From the NCBI GenBank assembly GCA_964035575.1, contig OZ037846.1, forward strand, positions 1,488,001 through 1,552,000: a stretch of DNA of 64,000 nucleotides, in the 5' to 3' direction. A program made the position numbers and the translations under genes. Source of the stretch: Rhynchopus sp. YZ270_cl-10. Its lineage: Eukaryota. Under the pieces are notes generated by a model, which searched no databases, was not told the origin of the DNA, and worked only from the letters and a program-made list of their open reading frames with translations. The first letter of the stretch is position 1. Each line of letters opens with the position of its first letter. This document shows positions 57,674-64,000 of this stretch, piece by piece.

Positions 57674-59341
57674 ATGTCGAAGCGACACGTGGATGTGGAC
57701 ACTACATTGGACGAGAACCCACCAAAGAGAAGAAAGCGTTCTGCAGACGAGGTCTTGGTGGAGGCCGCCAAGAAGGGGGACACGACTGCTGTGCAGGCGG
57801 GACTTGAGAAGCTCAGCCCAGACACAGACAACAAAACAGTGGTCTTGGATGCTGTGCACGAGGCATGCAGAGGGAACCACGATGAATGCCTCGCACTGCT
57901 TCTTCCGTATGTTGAGACAACGCAGATGGGGTTCGGGAACTTGCTGAGTGAGTGCGTGCACGCAGACCACGTTGCGTGCACGGAGGTCCTCTTGCAGCAT
58001 TGGAAGTCAGTCTGCAGCAACGTGGCGATGGTCCCACACGGGCAGGAGGATACAGAAGGGCGTGCCTGTCCAGCCATGTGGGCGGACCCTGCAGTGTGTC
58101 AGGTGCTCATTGATGCAGGGGCAGACATCGAAACAAAGGATGGCATAGGACGTCCGCCTCTGCACTGGGCTTGCCGTTCAGGAGCACTTGCAGTTGTGAA
58201 AATGTTGGTGAAAGCAGGTGCGGGGGTGCGTGACACAGACAACTTCGGAAACACATGTCTTATTTTTGCGTCATGCCATGGACACACCGAGACTGTGCGC
58301 TATCTTGTGGGCTTGAAGGAGGTGGACGTGAATCACAAATCTGACGACGGCTGGTCTGCGTTGGTCTCTGCAGTATGTGAAAAGCATGCAGATGTGGTGG
58401 AGGTGCTCATTGATGCAGGGGCTGATATTGAGGAAAAGGACGATAAAGGACGCTCGCCACTCCTCGTGGCAAGTGATGCTGCGAATGTAGAGATTGTGAA
58501 GCTGTTGGTGAAAGCAGGTGCGGGGGTGCGTGTCACAGACAACGAAGGAATCACATGTCTTATCCTTGCTGCCTATTGTGGGCACACCGAGACTGTGCGC
58601 TATCTTGTGAAACTGCCACAGGTGGACCTGGGTCACAAGGGTGTTCACGGCCACACTGCGTTGCACTGCGCAGCTAATAAGAAGTACTCAGCTGTGGTGG
58701 AGGTGCTCATTGATGCAGGGGCAGACATGGAAACAAAGAATGGCGTAGGGCATTCACCTCTGCACTAGGCTTGCCGTTCAGGAGCACTTTCAGTTGTGAA
58801 GTTGTTGGTGAAAGCAGGTGCGGGTGTGCGTGTCACAGACAACAACGGACGCACGTGTCTTATTTGTGCATCAGAGCATGGACGCACCGAGACTGTGCGC
58901 TATCTTCTCGGCCTGTCACAGGTGGACGTGAAGGACTCAAATAACAGTGGCTCCGCTTCACTGCACCGTGCAGTGTTACGGAAGCACTCAGATGTGGTGG
59001 AGGTGCTCATTGACGCTGGGGCAGACGTCGAGGCAAAGAATAACAATGGACGTACGCCTCTGCACTGTCCTTGTGTGGTGGGAAATCTTAAAAATGTGCA
59101 GATGTTGGTCGAAGCAGGTGCGGATGTGTGTGAGGTGGATGACAAGAGTGACAGATGCCTCAGCGTTGCGGCTCGTCATGGACACACCGAGACTGTGCGC
59201 TATCTTGTGGGCTTGCCAGAGGTGGACGTGAACCACAGAAATTTGTTGGGCCACACTGCATTGGACTGTGCGAGGAAGAAGCAACATGCAGATGTGGTGC
59301 AGGTTCTCCTCGAGCACCGTGGGGAAGTCTTTGCGCAATAA
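57674..59341 (+). pseudogene. Ankyrin-repeat gene copy 12 with premature stop
   Basis: TGG>TAG at 58766-58768 (PLH*ACRSG). The frame continues to 59341. Confidence 0.85.
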
Positions 59342-59547
59342 GGTATATAGCGTGTCTGTTTTCGACAACTGAACTAAACACTCCCACTGAGGTTACACCT
59401 TGTGGGATCGGCTTTGCGAGAAGTCCTTCGACAGACTTTGAGAATTATTGAATGCATGATGAATTGTGTGAAAAATGATTCAGAAATACTACCTCTCCCT
59501 TTTCAGTTTTACCTATACTTTTTCCACAACCTTCCTTCGCCGCCCTG

Positions 59548-59896
59548 CAAGGGTATAAATAAGGTCCGGGAGTCGGAGTCGGGAGTCGGCTATTTACGGT
59601 TGCTAAAAAGGGGGTGGCAACTGCTTCCCGGTGTGTCTACCGTATTTCTCCCGGGTGTCATGCCGTGTAGGGTGTCCATGTTCGTGGGGACATTTTTTTT
59701 TTTCCACGTTGGTGAAGCTTTTCTACAGCGGCATTTGCATTTTTGGAATCCGTCCGTCCAGCAGTGGGGTCAATTTGCCGAAATGTACAAGTTCTCGTTT
59801 TTGATCAATTTCCTCACAGTGCACAGTAGCAGTACAGCACCAGAGTTCGGGGGTTGGGGGTCCAGGAGTCGGGAGTCGGTCTTATTTGCACCCTTG
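59548..59896. mobile_element. MITE (349 bp) nested in the terminus of a family X repeat
   Basis: TIR caagggtataaataag / cttatttgcacccttg (14/16). Flanks cgccctg / ccccctg. ggagtcgg repeats near both ends. Confidence 0.7.
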
Positions 59897-60052
59897 CCCC
59901 CTGTAAGGGTAACCGAAGGTGGAGTAGGTTACGGTATATCGATGTAACGGGGTTCAAGGGTCCATTTTACAAAAAAAACCCGTATTTGGGGGAACATTGC
60001 AGCCGAAAATGGGCCCCCTTATTAGTGACCGGGCTCATATTTTCCAAAATTG
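59897..60052 (+). repeat. Family X repeat (diverged; terminus at 59519-59547 separated by nested MITE)
   Basis: Similar to 1-150. Confidence 0.6.
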
Positions 60053-60407
60053 GAAAGTGGGGAGGTCGGAAATTCATTTAAACCCATTTTCGTGGTGTTT
60101 GGAAAACATCTTAACCCAGGCGTTGTGAGCAGAGTGAAGAGTTAGCCCCTTAGTACAAAGGCTGGCGCCTCCACACATGTAGTGTGCCTGCTTTGAGGAC
60201 CAAGGAGCATTCCTAGCTATGAGGAGCTAGGGGTCTGCTTGCATGATGTGCCGTCCGATGTGCAGTTAAAGTCGTGTTGTCAGGTTCTGTGGTGTACAAG
60301 TGCTCAAATATGTTAGGCGTCCAAAATAGGCGCCAAATTGCCACATAATTACCCCTCAATTTGGAGAGAGAAAAACACACCACCCACCAGCATACTAAAT
60401 AAAAACC

Positions 60408-62780
60408 ATGTCGAAGCGACACGTGGATGTGGACACTACATTGGACGAGAACCCACCAACGAGAAGAAAGCTTTCTGCAGACGAGGTCTTGGTGGAGGCT
60501 GCCAAGAAGGGGGACACGACTGCTGTGCGGACGGGACTTGAGAAGCTCAGAACAGACACAGACAACAAAACAGTGGTCTTGGATGCTGTGCATGAGGCAT
60601 GCAGAGGGAACCACGATGAATGCCTCGCACTGCTTCTTCCGTATGTTGAGACAACGCAGATGGGGTTCGGGAACTTGCTGAGTGAGTGCGTTCACGCAGA
60701 CCACGTTGCGTGCACGGAGGTCCTCTTGCAGCATTGGAAGTCAGTCTGCAGCAACGTGGCGATGGTCCCACACGGGCAGGAGGATACAGAAGGGCGTGCC
60801 TGTCCAGCCATGTGGGCAGACCCTGCAGTGTGTCAGGTGCTCATTGATGCAGGGGCAGACATCGAAACAAAGGACGACATGGGACGTTCGCCTCTGCACT
60901 GGGCTTGCCATTCAGGAGCACTTGCAGTTGTGAAAATGTTGGTAAAATCAGGTGCGGGGGTGCGTGTCACAGACAACGACGGATTCACATGTCTCATTTT
61001 TGCGTCATACCATGGACACACCGAGACTGTGCGCTATCTTGTGGGCTTGAAGGATGTGGACGTGAATCTCATATCTGACGACTGGTCTGCGTTGGTCTCT
61101 GCAGTATGGGAAAATCATGCAGATGTGGTGGAGGTGCTCATTGATGCAGGGGCAGATATTGAGGAAAAGGACGACGACGGACGTTCGCCACTGCTCGTGG
61201 CAAGTGATGCTGCGAATGTCGAGATTGTGAGCATGTTGGTGAAAGCAGGTGCAGGAGTGAGTGTCACAGACAACGAAGAAAACACATGTCTTATCATTGC
61301 GGCCCATTCTGGACACACCGAGACTGTGCGCTATCTTGTGGGCTTGCCAGAGGTGGACGTGAGTCACAAAGATAATGACGGCTGCACTGCGTTGCACTGC
61401 GCAGCAGATCAAAATCACTCAGATGTGGTGGAGGTGCTCATTGATGCAGGGACTGATATCGAAGCAATGGATGACACGGGACGTTCGCCTCTGCACTGTG
61501 CTTGCCGTTCAGGAGCACTTGACGTGGTGAAGTTGTTGGTGAAAGCAGGTGCGGGGGTGCGTGTCACAGACAACGATGGGAACACATGTCTTATCCTTGC
61601 GGCCTATTCTGGGTACACCGAGACTGTGCGCTATCTTGTGGGCTTGCCAGAGGTGGACCTGAGTCACAAAGATAATGACGGCTGCACTGCGTTGCACTGC
61701 GCAGCTGATCAAAATGATGCAGATGTGGTGGAGGTGCTCATTGATGCAGGGACTGATATCGAAACCAAAGATGACATGGGACGTTCGCCTCTGCACTGGG
61801 CTTGCCATTCAGGAGCACTTGCAGTTGTGAAGCTGTTGGTGAAAGCAGGTGCGAGTGGGGCAGATATCGAAGCAAAGGATGACACGGGACGTTCGCCTCT
61901 GCACGTAGCTTGCCGTTCAGGAACACTTGACGTGGTGAAGTTATTGGTAAAAGCAGGTGCAGGAGTGAGTGTTACAGACAACAAAGGACGCACGTGTCTT
62001 ATTTGTGCATCAGGGCCTGGACGCACCGAGACTGTGCGCTATCTTGTGGGCTTGCCACAGGTGGATCTGGGTCACAAGGATAATGACGGCTGCACTGCGT
62101 TGCACTGCGCAGCTGATCAAAAGCATGCAGATGTGGTGGAGGTGCTCATTGATGCAGGGGCTGATATCGACATGCAGGATAACATGGGACGTTCGCCTCT
62201 GCACTGGACTTGCCGTTTAGGAGCACTCGACGTTATGAAGTTGTTAGTGAAAGCAGGTGCGGGGGTGGGTGTAACGGACAACGACGGAAACACATGTCTT
62301 CTGCGTGCTACATGTCAGGGGCGCACCGAGACTGTGCGCTATCTTCTCTGCCTGCCAGAGGTGGACGTGAATGACTCAAATAACAGGGGCTCCACTTCAC
62401 TGCACCGCGCAATGTTACGGAAGCGCTCAGTTGTGGTGAAGGTACTCATTGACGCTGGGGCAGACGTCGAAGCAAAGGACAGCAAGGGACGTACGCCTCT
62501 GCACTGTGCTTGTATGGTGGGAAATCTTAAAAATGTGCAGATGTTGGTTGTAGCAGGTGCGGATGTGTGTGAGGTGGATGACAAGAGTGACAGATGCCTC
62601 AGCGTTGCGGCTCGTTATGGACACACCGAGACTGTGCGCTATCTTGTGGGCTTGCCAGAGGTGGATGTGAGTCACAGAAATTTGTTGGGCCACACTGCAT
62701 TGGATCGTGCCGGGCAGAAACAACATGCAGATGTGGTGCAGGTTCTCCTCGAGCATCGTGGGGAAGTCTTTGCGCAATAA
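60408..62780 (+). CDS. Ankyrin-repeat protein, copy 13 (6 modules plus one extra repeat)
   Basis: 790-aa ORF of ANK repeats. Confidence 0.9.
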   Translation: MSKRHVDVDTTLDENPPTRRKLSADEVLVEAAKKGDTTAVRTGLEKLRTDTDNKTVVLDAVHEACRGNHDECLALLLPYVETTQMGFGNLLSECVHADHVACTEVLLQHWKSVCSNVAMVPHGQEDTEGRACPAMWADPAVCQVLIDAGADIETKDDMGRSPLHWACHSGALAVVKMLVKSGAGVRVTDNDGFTCLIFASYHGHTETVRYLVGLKDVDVNLISDDWSALVSAVWENHADVVEVLIDAGADIEEKDDDGRSPLLVASDAANVEIVSMLVKAGAGVSVTDNEENTCLIIAAHSGHTETVRYLVGLPEVDVSHKDNDGCTALHCAADQNHSDVVEVLIDAGTDIEAMDDTGRSPLHCACRSGALDVVKLLVKAGAGVRVTDNDGNTCLILAAYSGYTETVRYLVGLPEVDLSHKDNDGCTALHCAADQNDADVVEVLIDAGTDIETKDDMGRSPLHWACHSGALAVVKLLVKAGASGADIEAKDDTGRSPLHVACRSGTLDVVKLLVKAGAGVSVTDNKGRTCLICASGPGRTETVRYLVGLPQVDLGHKDNDGCTALHCAADQKHADVVEVLIDAGADIDMQDNMGRSPLHWTCRLGALDVMKLLVKAGAGVGVTDNDGNTCLLRATCQGRTETVRYLLCLPEVDVNDSNNRGSTSLHRAMLRKRSVVVKVLIDAGADVEAKDSKGRTPLHCACMVGNLKNVQMLVVAGADVCEVDDKSDRCLSVAARYGHTETVRYLVGLPEVDVSHRNLLGHTALDRAGQKQHADVVQVLLEHRGEVFAQ

Positions 62781-63201
62781 GGTATTGTCTGTTTTCAACT
62801 GACGGGGCAAGAACCTTCAGAAGCAGTTCAACGAAAAGTATACAGTACTCCAAATATGTTTGTTTCGAGTGCGAAACGTTTCTCCATGTATTGCACGGGA
62901 AACAATATGACAAACAGGTGCAGGGTGGTTCCGGTTTCCTTTCCACCTCCTCCTCTCTCCTCCCCCCCTCCACACAGCCGCACACCATTTGTAGCGCCAA
63001 AGGCTAGTGCACTGCTGTCGAACACATCACCAGCACAGCGCACAGCCCAGCATTAAAACCTTTTCTGTCTTCAGCTTCACCACGACGAAACCCCCTCTCT
63101 GTCAGCTAGCTCTCAGCAGCTTTCCTACCTACTTATAACCCACACCTTCTCACCCACCCCCATACAACACCCTACAGGATCCTCACAACACCACTCTAAC
63201 T

Positions 63202-64000
63202 ATGGCCATCTCTGCTGCACGCGCCGCTATCGGCGACACTCTCAAGCGCGCCCCGAACCTGGCGAACCGCAAGGCCGGTATGTTCAAGAAGAGCTCCGCA
63301 GAGCTGATGACGATGGAGGGCAACTACGCAGCGAAGAACTACTCCCCGATGCCCGTCGTCTTCTCGCGCGCGGAGGGCGTGAAGGTGTGGGACCCCGAAG
63401 GCAAGGAGTACTACGACTTCCTGAGCGCCTACTCCGCGACCAACCAGGGGCACAACAACCCACGCATCTGCGCGGCCATGAAGGACCAGATCGACTCCCT
63501 CGCGCTCTCCTCCCGCGCCTTCTACAACGATATGTTCCCGAAGTTCGCAGAGTTCCTGACCGAAGTGACCGGCTACGAGAAGTTCCTCCCCGCCAACTCT
63601 GGTGCCGAAGCTGTCGAGGCTGCCATCAAGGCTGCCCGCAAATGGGGCTACCGCGTCAAAGGCATCCCCAAGGATGAGGCCATCATCGTGGTGTGCAAGG
63701 AGAACTTCCACGGACGTACCACTGCTATTATTGGGTTCTCGACCGACCCTGATGCCTACCTGGACTACGGACCCTTCGCGCCTGGCTTCGAGGTGATCGA
63801 CTTCAACGCGCCCGAACAGCTGGAGGCTCTGCTCGCAGCAAAGGGAGACAAGGTCGCAGGGTTTCTCGTGGAGCCCATCCAGGGGGAGGCCGGAGTGTTT
63901 GTGCCTGATGAGGGCTACCTCGCGAAGTGTCATGCGCTGTGCAAGAAGCACAACGTGCTGCTGATGGCGGACGAGGTGCAGACCGGGTTCGGACGTACCG
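63202..64000 (+). CDS. OAT: Ornithine aminotransferase (class III PLP aminotransferase), 3' end beyond window
   Basis: Manual translation: NYSPMPVVFSRAEGVKVWDPEGKEYYDFLSAYSATNQGH, NSGAEAVEAAIKAARKWGY, NFHGRT, EPIQGEAG, DEVQTGFGRT. Absent from the ORF track because there is no stop in the window. Confidence 0.95.
   Translation, partial: MAISAARAAIGDTLKRAPNLANRKAGMFKKSSAELMTMEGNYAAKNYSPMPVVFSRAEGVKVWDPEGKEYYDFLSAYSATNQGHNNPRICAAMKDQIDSLALSSRAFYNDMFPKFAEFLTEVTGYEKFLPANSGAEAVEAAIKAARKWGYRVKGIPKDEAIIVVCKENFHGRTTAIIGFSTDPDAYLDYGPFAPGFEVIDFNAPEQLEALLAAKGDKVAGFLVEPIQGEAGVFVPDEGYLAKCHALCKKHNVLLMADEVQTGFGRT

Noticed and set aside
58766..58768. Stop-codon reassignment or readthrough of TAG
   Set aside because: Single TGG>TAG change in one paralogue; no other gene needs an internal stop.
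63196..63951. 251-aa minus-strand ORF
   Set aside because: Antisense shadow of the GC3-rich OAT gene.

Overview
Eukaryotic DNA with long uninterrupted ORFs. A euglenozoan protist, probably diplonemid-like, is inferred from all host genes lying on the + strand, polypyrimidine/AG sites before ATGs, and the gene families present. Host genes in order: an EGF-like-repeat type I membrane protein (3851-6274), a multi-TM protein with a degenerate class III nucleotidyl cyclase domain (10836-12584), an NF-X1-type zinc-finger protein (13033-15009), a ~47 kb tandem array of 13 ankyrin-repeat genes (15889-62780; 9 intact ORFs, 4 disrupted), and ornithine aminotransferase running off the right edge (63202-64000). 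Each ankyrin gene has a conserved NLS-bearing N-terminus, 3-6 exchangeable 300-bp three-ANK modules and a conserved C-cap. Part of the array is a near-perfect 9,669-bp tandem amplification. Intergenic DNA holds many DNA transposons: a full-length hAT element (20513-23889; 14-bp TIR, 8-bp TSD, transposase split by one extra base in an A-run), several hAT-type non-autonomous elements, and a 4.17-kb TIR element with a 9-bp TSD (50224-54394) that carries about 21 copies of a 113-bp repeat and an unidentified ORF fragment. No rRNA, tRNA or CRISPR array was recognised.
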